Shown here piece after piece: positions 9,392 to 19,200 of a DNA stretch of 64,000 bases (its first letter is position 1; each line of letters opens with the position of its first letter). Both the position numbers and the translations under genes were made by a program. Under the pieces are notes generated by a model. The model had not been told where the DNA came from, did no database searches, and worked only from the letters and a program-made list of their open reading frames with translations. This DNA comes from an uncultured bacterium (lineage in GTDB: Bacteria > Chloroflexota > UBA5177 > JANWHV01), in assembly GCA_963729625.1 (NCBI GenBank), contig CAVSOU010000008.1:736001-800000 (forward strand), in the 5' to 3' direction.

Positions 9392-10289
9392 GCCAGATCC
9401 CGGCGAGAATGACTAAACCGCCGGCTACGGTCGATAGCGCCAGCTTCTGGCCCAGTACAACCCAGGCTAGAAGCGAGGCGCCGACGGGCTCGCCAAGGAA
9501 ACTGACGGAGACAACGGTAGCCGTCAAGTACTTGAGCGTCCAGTTGTAGAGGAGGTGGCCGCCAAGGGTTGGGACGATCGCCAAGCCCAGAAAGATCAGC
9601 ATATCGCGTCCGCCGGCAGCTGTGAGCGACTGCCCAAAAGCCAGGGAGCACGGAATGAGGAATAGCGTGCACACGGCATAGACCGGCACGCTGTAGGCAA
9701 TGGTCTCCATGTTTCGGCGCGCGCCACGTCCAATCACCAGGTATCCCGCAAACACCACGGCGCCGGCGAAGGCGAGGAGGTCGCCGCGTATGGCATCTTC
9801 CCCGAGCCGCAGGTCGCCGCCAGCGACGACTGCGCTGCCCAAGAGGGTGAGCGCGATGCCAGCGAGTGCCAGACGAGTCGTGCGCTCGCCAAATACTGTG
9901 AAGGCCGCAATTGCCACGAGGACAGGATGAACGGAGACAAACAACACGGAGCTGGCAACCGAGGTGTTCTGGAGCGAGACCGTCCAGGTGGCGAAGTGGA
10001 GAGCCAGCAGGATGCCCGAGGCCGCCATCCAGCCCAATGTCACGCGGTCGAGCGCCCGCAACTGAGCGATCCCGCCTGCACGCAGGAAGGGCGCCAGCAG
10101 CAATGCAACCGTGATGGCCATCCGATACGTCGCAATGACCAGCGGCGGAGACGTACTTTCCTTGATCATGGTGGCCGAGCATGAGACAGCCAGGGTTGCG
10201 ATGAGGAGGCCAAGATAGGGGCTGAACGCGGGCGGGAATGAATCTGCCGTCGATGTCTGGTCCGTATTAGCTGAAGTGGAGATCGACAT
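9360..10289 (-). CDS. EamA/DMT family transporter
   Basis: About ten TM segments, HFATW, GDLLA, GHLLYN, LGEPVGA. Confidence 0.9.
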   Translation of the reverse strand: MSISTSANTDQTSTADSFPPAFSPYLGLLIATLAVSCSATMIKESTSPPLVIATYRMAITVALLLAPFLRAGGIAQLRALDRVTLGWMAASGILLALHFATWTVSLQNTSVASSVLFVSVHPVLVAIAAFTVFGERTTRLALAGIALTLLGSAVVAGGDLRLGEDAIRGDLLAFAGAVVFAGYLVIGRGARRNMETIAYSVPVYAVCTLFLIPCSLAFGQSLTAAGGRDMLIFLGLAIVPTLGGHLLYNWTLKYLTATVVSVSFLGEPVGASLLAWVVLGQKLALSTVAGGLVILAGIWLTIRQQSLRR

Positions 10290-10413
10290 GTATCAGTCAG
10301 GCTCCACGTGAACCGGCAACGGTCCAGACTGCACCGCACCGCTGGACCCTGCCCAGTTTCAGACACTCGTGGCGGGCATCGCCCGCAGAGTGCAGGCTGT
10401 TTGGGGGGCACCA

Positions 10414-11118
10414 ATGTCCGAGTCGCGAGTCCAGCGCTTCAACCGCACGCAACGCGCCCTGCACTGGAGTCATTCGATTACTTTCCTCATCCTGCTGGTT
10501 ACCGGCATCATCCTGCTCGTCCGCCAGATCGGCGAACAGGTGGGTCATCACGTGCTGATTCTACAGTTTCATGAATACACGGCGCTGTTCTATATCTTCG
10601 GGCCGCTCCTCTGGGTTGTTGTCGGCGACCGGCGATCGATCGTCCGCGATCTCAAGGAGTTCGACGAGTGGGACGATGACGACATAGCGTGGTTGAAGCA
10701 GTCGATGCGTCGGGGACCGACGTCGAAGAACCTGCCGCTACAGGGACGCTATAATGCCGGCCAAAAACTCAATGGCGTGCTCACGCTGGCAGCCACGCTG
10801 GGATTCATCGTGACCGGCGTGATACTGTGGCGACCGCCTTTCGTGGCGGAGGCGCTGCCATCCTGGGTCTTCAGTGACTCAGTGAGTAACAATGCGGTCT
10901 TCTTGCACCAGCTCCTGCTCTATGTGAGCATTCCCTTGGTGCTGGGCCACATCTACCTGGCCGCGGTTTCTCGCGCGACTCGGCCGTCACTCAGCGCCTT
11001 GATCGACGGCACGGTGCCTCTCGCCTATGCGCGCGCACACCACCCGAAGTGGGTGGCCGAGATTGAAGCGCGCGCAACCCCACGGGCGCCTGCGCAGGAG
11101 ACGCAGCCGGCAGGATAG
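10414..11118 (+). CDS. cytochrome b subunit, formate dehydrogenase gamma/FdnI-like
   Basis: RFNRTQRALHW, GRYNAGQK, four His in TM helices, HHPKW. Confidence 0.85.
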   Translation: MSESRVQRFNRTQRALHWSHSITFLILLVTGIILLVRQIGEQVGHHVLILQFHEYTALFYIFGPLLWVVVGDRRSIVRDLKEFDEWDDDDIAWLKQSMRRGPTSKNLPLQGRYNAGQKLNGVLTLAATLGFIVTGVILWRPPFVAEALPSWVFSDSVSNNAVFLHQLLLYVSIPLVLGHIYLAAVSRATRPSLSALIDGTVPLAYARAHHPKWVAEIEARATPRAPAQETQPAG

Positions 11119-11153
11119 GGATCGGTGGCGACAGACAGGCCTGTCGACCAGGC

Positions 11154-11348
11154 TTACGCCTCGGCGTTCACCGGCACGTCTTCGCGTTCGCGCCGCTCCT
11201 CGAAGTGCGGACAAATGAGCGCGAGATCGCCGGTCCAGATTGTCTGTGCCGTGCCAAAGCCCAGCCCGCAGACGTAACCGTCCTCGGATGCGCTCAGGTT
11301 CTCGCAGCGAAAGCAGTTGCGTGGCTTTTTCTCGTCAAGATACGGCAT
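11154..11348 (-). CDS. small cysteine-rich protein (64 aa)
   Basis: MPYLDEKKPRNCFRCENL...YVCGLG...ICPHF; AGGAG RBS upstream of ATG 11348. Confidence 0.6.
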   Translation of the reverse strand: MPYLDEKKPRNCFRCENLSASEDGYVCGLGFGTAQTIWTGDLALICPHFEERREREDVPVNAEA

Positions 11349-11445
11349 GGGCTGTCTCCTATCATCGCATGCATGCAGCAGTGTAGTGTAGCCAGCGTGC
11401 TGGGCAGGCAGCAAGAGCCGCAACTGAATGTGCCGGTGCGCAGGG

Positions 11446-12614
11446 TTCCTCGAAAAAGCTTGATGGCCTCAAGCGGCAGTGGGCTTCGGTGTGGCGATCA
11501 CCTCGTACCCGAGTGCCTGGAGGCGCGCGATGTGCCGGCGTGCGGCTCGTTCTTTGTTCATCGGAGCCACGTAGTCCGGGCCGAGCTCGCGGTAGAACTC
11601 GCCCGTACGTAACACGTGGTGGACCACCAGCAGGAGCCGGTGCGCCACCGCCACCAACGCTTTCTGCTTGCCTTGGCGGACGACGATACGCCTGAACTGC
11701 GCGGCGAAACAGGTGTCCTTCATGCGTATGGCAGACCAGGCGCACTGGCCGAGGATCCGTCGCAGCCAGCGATCGCCAGGGGTCGTCTTGGCGCTGATCG
11801 TGTGGCCTGCGCTCCGCTTGATGCCCGGACACACCCCTGCCCAGCTGGCAAGGTGCTGTGCGGTAGGAAACCGCCCCATGTCGACGCCGATCTCCGCGAT
11901 GATGGTTGCCGCGGCGGTGTCGCTGACGCCGGGAATCGATTCAAGGAGCGTCACCGCGGCGGCGAAAGGGGCGAGCGCCTCCGCAATCGCGCGGTCCATC
12001 TGCCCGATGCTCCGCTCGATCGCCCGGATGTGGTCCAGTTGCACGCGCAGGAGCAGGCGATGATGATCCTTGAGCCGCCCTTCCAGCGCGAGGACCAGGT
12101 CCTCCTTCTTCTTCATCAGGCGGCCGCGAGCCAGTCCGGCGAGTGCCTCCGGATCCTCCTCGCCCGCGACAATCGCCTCGAGCATGTGGCGGCCGCTCAC
12201 GCCGAGCACATTGCTGGCCACGTCGCCCAACTTGATGTTTGCGCTCTCCAGCCCTTTCTGGAGCCGGTGGATCTCGTGTGCCTTCTGCTCTGCTAGCGTC
12301 GTGCGATACCGCGTTAGCTCGCGCAGCGTGCGGATCTGCTCGGGCGGGATGAAGCTCGGCCGCACGAGGCCATGGCGGACAAGCTCGGCCAGCCACTGCG
12401 CGTCGCACACGTCCGTCTTGTGCCCAGGCCGTCCCTTGACATCCTGCGCGTTGGCCAGGGTGATCGGCACCCCGCTTGCCTCTAGCACATTGAAGACGGG
12501 CCACCAATACACGCCGGTGCTCTCCAGCACTACGGCGGTGACCGCCTGCTCCCGCAGCCACCAGCTCAGTTCTTCCAGCTGGCGGGTCATCGTTCCGAAG
12601 GTGCGCGTCTCCAT
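11446..12614 (-). mobile_element. IS110-family transposase, 5'-truncated (CDS 11469-12614)
   Basis: LESTGVYW, KTDVCDA, SIPGV, SWAGVCP-x3-SAG, KALVAVAH; first DEDD aspartate (GxDxxK) and left end missing; TTTTCGAGGAA just after the stop taken as likely right end. Confidence 0.9.
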
Positions 12615-13688
12615 GAGCACCCTCGTGCTGACCGATGTGGCCACCGGCTGGACGGAGTGTCTGCCGCTGCTGCACCGCACACACGAGGCGGTCCTGCACG
12701 CGCTCGAGCAGGCCCGACGGCTGCTGCCCTTCCCCTTGCTCGGCCTGGACACCGACAACGGCGGCGAGTTCCTCAACTACCCGCTACTCGGCTACTGCGC
12801 CCACGAGCACATCACCTTCACCCGCGGGCGGACCTATCGCAGCAACGACCAGTGCTATGTGGAGCAGAAAAACGGCACCGTTGTCCGCCAGTTGGTGGGC
12901 TACGACCGCTTCGACGGCGAGCTGGCGATAGGCCAGCTCGCCGAGTTGTACCGCGCGGTGCGGCTCTATGTGAACTTCTTCCAGCCCTCGCTCAAGCTGC
13001 AGGTCAAGCGGCGTCAGGAGCAGCACGTCTACCGGCGCTACGACCCCGCACGTACCCCGTTCCAGCGCCTCCTCGCCACGGGCATCCTGGACGCTGGTGC
13101 TGTGACCCGCCTCACGGCGCTCTATAAAGTGCTCGACCCCGCGTACGCTTGCTCCAGCAGGTGACACTGCTCCAGGACGCGCTGTGGCGCCACGCCGTGC
13201 TGCCTCGCGTCGCGGCGCCGGGGCCGACGGCGACGTTCGACGTTGCGGCCTGCGGCACGGCGACACCCGCGCCCGCAGCGGCGGAACGGGCCACGCTGAC
13301 GCTGCGCGGCCGCAAGCGCCTCTATCGCCGGACGCCGAAGTCCCTGGGTCCCCGCACGTATCGCACGCGGGTGGACCCCTTCGCCGGCGCCTGGGAGGAG
13401 ATCGAGCACCTGGTCGCCGCCGCGCCGGAGCGCACGGCGACGAGCATCTTGGCCGAACTGCAGGCGCGCCACCCTGGGCGACATCCCGATGGACAACTGC
13501 GGACCTTGCAGCGAGGCATCAGCGCCCTCCGCGCCAAGGCCCTGCTGGCGTTCAGCGACGGGTGGCTGAACACGGATGCTCCCATGGGGCAGTGCCCGCC
13601 GGCCAGGCTCCACCTCGTGGTTGATACCCTCGAGCAGGACGGCACTGCGGCCAGGGCGCTGCCAGCGCGCACGGCTGCCCCTGCCTGA
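12613..13688 (+). mobile_element. DDE integrase-type transposase (ISNCY-like), 5'-truncated and frameshifted near 13141
   Basis: TDVATGWTE, DTDNGGEF, NDQCYVEQKN triad; continues in a new frame as VRLLQQ...RTRVDPF...GQLRTLQR. Confidence 0.8.
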
Positions 13689-13971
13689 CTGTCGCTCTTA
13701 GCATACGTTGGCACCCTGTGCCAACTGATCGTGTACTAAAGGTTGTGCCAACTCGTCCTTGAGAACGCCCTGAGCAAGCTGTTCCCCGCCCTCACCTGCC
13801 AGACGAGCACTCCGATCCCGAGGCAGAACAGCGACACCAACCCGACCTGTACCTCTTCGGGCTGCAGCGAGCGCTGCTGGCGATCCGCGCTGTGGCATCA
13901 GCGCGACGACAGCGCGGCCCAATGGGCAGGCGCTATAGCAAATCTACTATAATCGGTACAGGGAGACGAGG

Positions 13972-14325
13972 ATGCGGCCACTGGTGTTCGTCGGGTCCTC
14001 TCGCGAGGATGTGCGGGCGTTTCCCGACGCAGTGCGGCGAGATGTGGGTCATGCATTGAACTTTGTACAGGCCGGCTACACACCGGAGACTTCGGCGCCG
14101 CTCCACGGTTTCGGCAGCGGGGTGGCCGAGATCGCCGAAGACGGCGAGGACGGCACGTATCGGGCGGTGTATACGGTCGCCCTGCCCTCGGCCGTCTACG
14201 TATTGCATGCTTTTCAGAAGAAGTCGACGCAGGGGCGCAAGGCGATCCAGCGAGATCAGGCGCTAATCCGTTCACGCCTGGCATGGGCAAAGGCAATCGA
14301 TGCGGACGCGCGTCGGAAGGGATAG
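13972..14325 (+). CDS. type II TA toxin, RelE/ParE superfamily (Gp49/HigB-like)
   Basis: FVGSSREDVRAFP, GTYRAVY, YVLHAFQKKS; upstream of an XRE antitoxin. Confidence 0.9.
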   Translation: MRPLVFVGSSREDVRAFPDAVRRDVGHALNFVQAGYTPETSAPLHGFGSGVAEIAEDGEDGTYRAVYTVALPSAVYVLHAFQKKSTQGRKAIQRDQALIRSRLAWAKAIDADARRKG

Positions 14326-14329
14326 GACG

Positions 14330-14647
14330 ATGGACCCAGAGATAACGTTCGTGCCGAGCAGCGGCAACGTGTTTGCCGATCTGAACCTGCCGGAGCCGGA
14401 CGAACTCCTCGCCAAGTCTGCCCTGGGCATACGGATATTTGAGGCGATCCGCCAGCGCGGCTGGACCCAGGCGCAGGCCGCAGCGGCCCTGGATATTCCG
14501 CAGCCCACGGTCAGCCTGCTCATGGGAGCCAAGCTTCCCGGCTTTTCTATAGAGCGGCTCTTGCGGCTGCTCTTGCGGCTAGACTGTGACATCGAGATCG
14601 CGGTGCGGCCCAAACGGGAGGACCAGGCGCACGTGCGCGTTGCCTGA
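14330..14647 (+). CDS. XRE-family HTH antitoxin (HigA-like)
   Basis: SSGNVFADL, WTQAQAAAALDIPQPTVS, FSIERL. Confidence 0.9.
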   Translation: MDPEITFVPSSGNVFADLNLPEPDELLAKSALGIRIFEAIRQRGWTQAQAAAALDIPQPTVSLLMGAKLPGFSIERLLRLLLRLDCDIEIAVRPKREDQAHVRVA

Positions 14648-15312
14648 GAACGAACCGGTATAGCGCCGAGTGCCCCACAATTGCGACGAACAAGCGCCGA
14701 TCTGGCAACGTGCCACCCTGCTCGGTGCCGGCCGTTGCCTGCTGGATCGCACTCCCTGCTAGCTGTTGCTTGAGCACCAGCACCGCGCTGAGCCACGTCC
14801 AAGAAGAGGCGTGCGCCAACTCATCCCGTGCCGCCATCGCCACCTCATGCTAAGGGCGACACCGACGTGGCCGCCAACGTGAGAGCGCAGGCGGATAGTG
14901 CGCCAGGGACGCGGTTCCGACGTGCGTGGATTAACGGTGGTAAATCCTGCAGCGGTGACAACCCACCGGCCCTGCCGGGGACGGAACGGCGAGTAGCTGA
15001 GAGAAAGAAACGAGAAGAAAGAACGTGTTGTTGCTTTATCCCTCCCAGTAGTCATTGCGATGTCGCTACCCGGTACGCGGCACTCGTGCCACCACCGGCA
15101 CGCTTGGTTCGTGGCCGAAGCCACAACTCGTCCGTTGCGGGTAACATCTTTCGTGAGGCAAGCGGCCCGGGCCGGTTACATTCTCTCGTGAGGCAATACG
15201 CCGGCAAGTCTAATGGTCGTTCATCACCGCGTCATGAAGCACCACTCAACCAGCCCTTCCATTGCGAGCAGCGGACTGTGATGGCAAGACCGAAGCCACC
15301 GCCACCATGCTG

Positions 15313-16164
15313 TCAACTCGCTGCGGCGTGTCGGGCTAGCTCCGGCCCGGACGCTTCACTCTTCCGAAGGAAGCACGCCCACATCAACAGCGCGAGAGCC
15401 ACGCCACCGACGATATTGCCTAACGTCACCGGCACCAGGTTACGAAATACGAAGTTCCCCCAACTCAGCGAGCCGGTCTGCACGCCCAGCGCGGCAGCCT
15501 TGGCGGCGTACACCGCATTGGTCTTGGCAAACAGTCCCGCCGCTATGTAGTACATGTTCGCTACGCAGTGCTCAAATCCACATATCACAAAGAACGCTAC
15601 CGGTATGTAGGCCCCTAGTATCTTCCCTCCAGTATCCTTGGCTGATATCGCGCACAACACGCCCATGCAGACAAGCACGTTGCAGAGAATCCCAAGCACA
15701 AAGGCGTTATCAAAGGGAAGTGCACATTTTGCCGCCGCAACTTTTATGGTATAGGCCGCCAGACCGTCGTCTGAATAGTCGAGCTGCCCGAAGCACGCGC
15801 ATCCCGCCGCGAGCGCTCCAGCACCGATAAAGTTACCGATATACACGAAGGACCAGTTCTTGAGCAAACGTGCAATGGATGTCTTCTTTTCAAGCACGGA
15901 GATCACAATCATGCAATCTCCCGTGAACAACTCCGCACCGAGCAGCATCACTATCGCCAGTCCAAAAGGAAACAACAGCCCGCTGATGATGCGCGCGGCG
16001 GATACATTTGCAATACTGTGTGACGCGGTATTCGCTACGGCCGCGCCCATGCCGATCAGGAATCCGGCAGATATCCCCAGCAGCACCATCTTCCAGGCTG
16101 GCTGTGACGCTTTCTCCGCACCGAGCTGCGAGTACTTTCCAGTAATTTCAGACGGGGACAACAT
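15313..16164 (-). CDS. formate/nitrite transporter (FNT, FocA/FdhC-like)
   Basis: GAELFTG, GNFIGA, GILCNVLVC, GFEHCVANM, TLGNIVGG. Confidence 0.93.
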   Translation of the reverse strand: MLSPSEITGKYSQLGAEKASQPAWKMVLLGISAGFLIGMGAAVANTASHSIANVSAARIISGLLFPFGLAIVMLLGAELFTGDCMIVISVLEKKTSIARLLKNWSFVYIGNFIGAGALAAGCACFGQLDYSDDGLAAYTIKVAAAKCALPFDNAFVLGILCNVLVCMGVLCAISAKDTGGKILGAYIPVAFFVICGFEHCVANMYYIAAGLFAKTNAVYAAKAAALGVQTGSLSWGNFVFRNLVPVTLGNIVGGVALALLMWACFLRKSEASGPELARHAAAS

Positions 16165-16166
16165 GG

Positions 16167-16365
16167 TTAACCTGCTACCTCCAGAATGTGTCTTGCCGCT
16201 TCGACCGTATGATCCGCCAACATTGAACTGGTTACAGAGCCTACGCCAGCAGGCGCCTTCGTACTGGCGTCTGCACGTGCCTGCGCCTCGTCAGCACGCA
16301 CATCGCCACAGAGAGCGCCATCCTCACACACAGGACTCCCCGCGTCGATGACAGCCTGACCTCGC
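16167..16365 (-). pseudogene. folD: folD C-terminal remnant
   Basis: AVIDAG...EDGALCGDV...APAGVGSVTSSML..HTVEAA resembles FolD VIDVG...GKLCGDV...VPGGVGxxT; rest of gene absent. Confidence 0.6.
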
Positions 16366-16662
16366 GGGGACGAGAGTAACTGCCCGAACTGCACGCTCTA
16401 CCCCCGCTCCTTCACGCTTCCCTAACACATCAGCTTGTACATGCTCGGTTGGTCGCCGGGATGGCGCAACAGGACGATCTCGCCGGCCTCGCCGGTGCAC
16501 GAGCGTGCTGCGGCTGAGCCGCACGCGGCATGTCAGCCGCGAGTATTGACGACAATCGACAGTATACATCACCGTACCTATTGGTACGGCGGCAGCTATG
16601 CTGCCGGCGCCGGTGCCGTCGCAGTTCACGCGCCAAGCGCGTGGCGGACGAGGAGTGGTGCC

Positions 16663-16780
16663 ATGCTGCCGAAAGAGCGTGTGATCGCGGCCCTCCGGTT
16701 CACTCAGCCGGATCGGATTCCCATCGGCGAATCCGCGATCGACTACACCAACGCGGAGCAAGCCCTGGGTCGCCGGGGCT
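16663..16780 (+). pseudogene. uroporphyrinogen-decarboxylase-family N-terminal remnant
   Basis: GAGGAG RBS then MLPKERVIAALRFTQPDRIPIGE..IDY...EQALGR, after which similarity is lost. Confidence 0.55.
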
Positions 16781-16889
16781 CCGGTAAGAAGCAACGCGTG
16801 CCCATGACAAGAGCAGCAAATCCCGGTCGAGCAGCCGTCTGGAGTCGCGCGTGGTGCTCGCACTATCGCGCCAGGTGTCGCGCACGTCA

Positions 16890-16898
16890 TGGTATAAT
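16890..16898 (+). promoter_or_regulatory. extended -10 element TGnTATAAT
   Basis: TGGTATAAT about 145 bp upstream of the 17044 ORF. Confidence 0.45.
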
Positions 16899-17043
16899 CG
16901 CTGGCGAGTGTCGGCAGCAGTTAGGGCGTACGCAGCCGTGGGGGTATCTTTAACGTAGCTGGATCGAAACCAAGCACAGTTTCGTGCGTCGCCACGTCGA
17001 TGCAGCATCCTGGAATCCATAGCGAAGGGCCCCAACAAGAGTA

Positions 17044-18372
17044 ATGGCCGCAGCACGTTGCCCAAATTGCACGCGCAAGATTCACATCTGGAACAACCAC
17101 ACGGGTTTCTGCAGCAAGCGATGTCGAGAGGAATCGAAAAGCGCCTGCCTAAACTGCGGCAAGATTGGCCTGTTCAAGCACGAGCGACTTGGTTGTTGCA
17201 GTGATGAGTGCCGATACTGGTACGTCACCACCTTGCTGGGTTATGACCGTGAGTTCCTCCTGACGCCTGCCTGGGACAAAGTCGTCTATCACGTCCGCCT
17301 TCCGTCTGCAAATGCTGAGATCTCCTCTCTCCAGTTGGATGAACTGGAATTCGAGCGAGCGCGAGATACGATTCTGGTCGTCGCCGCGCCGCCCTGGATA
17401 GCACGGCAGAAGGTACTTGCCGAGCTCCCGTACGCCCGCTTTGACAACGCAGCCTGGCAACATTTGCGTGTGGACGGCACGCTTTCATCCGACGAGGTCG
17501 AGCGGTTCCGCGGCATGTGCTATGACGATCCCCTGCTCTACCACAAGCTCGGGGTTCACGTGTTCGAGAAGATTCGCGGACAGGGCGGAACGAGCCCCAT
17601 CACGCCGCCCACAAGCGTGCAGCTCGCGCCCGGCTCTGTCAGCCTCACTCAACCGATGCTGCCGATCGGCATGTTTGGCGTGGATGCCGCAACGTCGCAG
17701 ACGTCGGTTCCTCTGCAGCTGGCGCAGGTAAGCCAGGTTGCCACCTCGCTGGCGGCGCCTGAGCATTTTGCCTCGCAGGTGCGCACGCTGTTCGCGCTGC
17801 GCGGCTTCCAGGTGTCGAGCGCTGATCCGAATACCGATACGGCGCTGTTGCTCTCGAAAGGCAGCAAGCGCGCGATCGCTGTGTACCATTGGCAGCATGG
17901 AATGGTGTCCGAGGAGCCAGTGCGGGTGCTCCTCGACCTGATGACTACGTGGGAGGCCTCCAACGGCTACGTGGTCACAAACGGGCACTTCACGCTGCAA
18001 GTGGAGGACCTTGTCGTCGGTCGCGCCGTGCAGCTCATCGACGGCGATCAGTTCGCTGCTCTGGTGGATGGCACGCACGTCAGCGCTCAGCCTGCAACTA
18101 CCATCGAACAAGCCCCCGGCACGCCCGAAGCACCAGAAGAGGGCGGAGGCACGGCGGCCACTGGCTACGATGCGCGCCTCAATGGACACTCCGCTTATGA
18201 TGACGAGATCGGCACGACCAAGGTGCTTGCATCGTCGACGGACAGGCCGGAACAAGTTACTCGAAAACTTTCCAGTGCAGAACCAGTTGGTTCCGGCCTG
18301 CCTGATGCAGATACGTCCAGTCGGCCACAGGCCGAAGACCTGCCTGGAGTGCTCGAGCTTCCGCAGTCCTGA
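17044..18372 (+). CDS. Zn-finger + Mrr-like restriction endonuclease domain protein (catalytically degenerate)
   Basis: Two CxxC...CSxxC units at N-terminus; Mrr_cat-like LFALRGFQV...GYVVTNGHFT...VQLIDGDQF; disordered tail. Confidence 0.7.
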   Translation: MAAARCPNCTRKIHIWNNHTGFCSKRCREESKSACLNCGKIGLFKHERLGCCSDECRYWYVTTLLGYDREFLLTPAWDKVVYHVRLPSANAEISSLQLDELEFERARDTILVVAAPPWIARQKVLAELPYARFDNAAWQHLRVDGTLSSDEVERFRGMCYDDPLLYHKLGVHVFEKIRGQGGTSPITPPTSVQLAPGSVSLTQPMLPIGMFGVDAATSQTSVPLQLAQVSQVATSLAAPEHFASQVRTLFALRGFQVSSADPNTDTALLLSKGSKRAIAVYHWQHGMVSEEPVRVLLDLMTTWEASNGYVVTNGHFTLQVEDLVVGRAVQLIDGDQFAALVDGTHVSAQPATTIEQAPGTPEAPEEGGGTAATGYDARLNGHSAYDDEIGTTKVLASSTDRPEQVTRKLSSAEPVGSGLPDADTSSRPQAEDLPGVLELPQS

Positions 18373-18716
18373 GAGAGACGCTGTCGAACGGTTGGTCCCT
18401 TCGGTCCTCTCTCTCGCTGCCCTACAGGGGCTCCACGGCCAACGTACCTGAACGTGCGATTGACGAGGCCGGTTGCACCATAGGAGGATAGTGAAACCGA
18501 CCTAGCGGTCGTGCTTCATGAGCTAAGGTGATGGGCTGGGCGCGCACAGCGGTTCCGCGACGGTAGGTTGCCGGTCACACAGGACGAATGGATTGTTGCA
18601 CGCGTGTGGCTAAAGAACCCGCGGTACGTGCCGACAACCTAAGACGAACAGGTTGATCGAGGGTACCTGTGGCTGCGGCGCCGGTAGTTAGGGACGCCCT
18701 GGGTGGAGGCTGGTAG

Positions 18717-19079
18717 ATGGCAACGTTCTTGGTGGCCGATGACGCCGCGTTCATGCGCATGCGCTGCGTGAAGCTGATCAGAGAAGGTGGACACGAGACA
18801 GTCGAGGTCGAGAACGGGAAGCAGGCCGTCGAAACGTACCAACGTATCAAGCCCGACGCGGTGCTCCTGGACATTACGATGCCTGAAATGGACGGGCTGC
18901 AAGCACTGCGCCTGATCCTGGCGGCAGACCCCAAGGCGCGAGTGGCCATGGTAACAGCGGTTGGTCAGCAGTCAGTAGTGATTGAAGCGCTGAAGGCAGG
19001 AGCCTGCGATTTTGTCGTGAAGCCCTTTCAACCATCGCGGCTACTCCAGGCCGTACACCGGCTGCTTGAACCGAGGTGA
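18717..19079 (+). CDS. cheY: single-domain response regulator, CheY-like
   Basis: ADDAAFMR, LDITMPEMDG, VTAVGQ, KPF. Confidence 0.85.
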   Translation: MATFLVADDAAFMRMRCVKLIREGGHETVEVENGKQAVETYQRIKPDAVLLDITMPEMDGLQALRLILAADPKARVAMVTAVGQQSVVIEALKAGACDFVVKPFQPSRLLQAVHRLLEPR

Positions 19080-19200
19080 GAAGCCGCTCACAGACGCGTG
19101 CGGGACAGCGCCACACCCCATGCACCGCGCGCGATCGTCACGCACCTGTGCCGACGCGGCCAACTATGTCACGACCGAGTCAGGATGGAGGAGTCAGGTC

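Noticed and set aside
14650-15310. ORFs between the antitoxin and the FNT gene
   Set aside because: No motif, RBS or protein-like composition in any frame.
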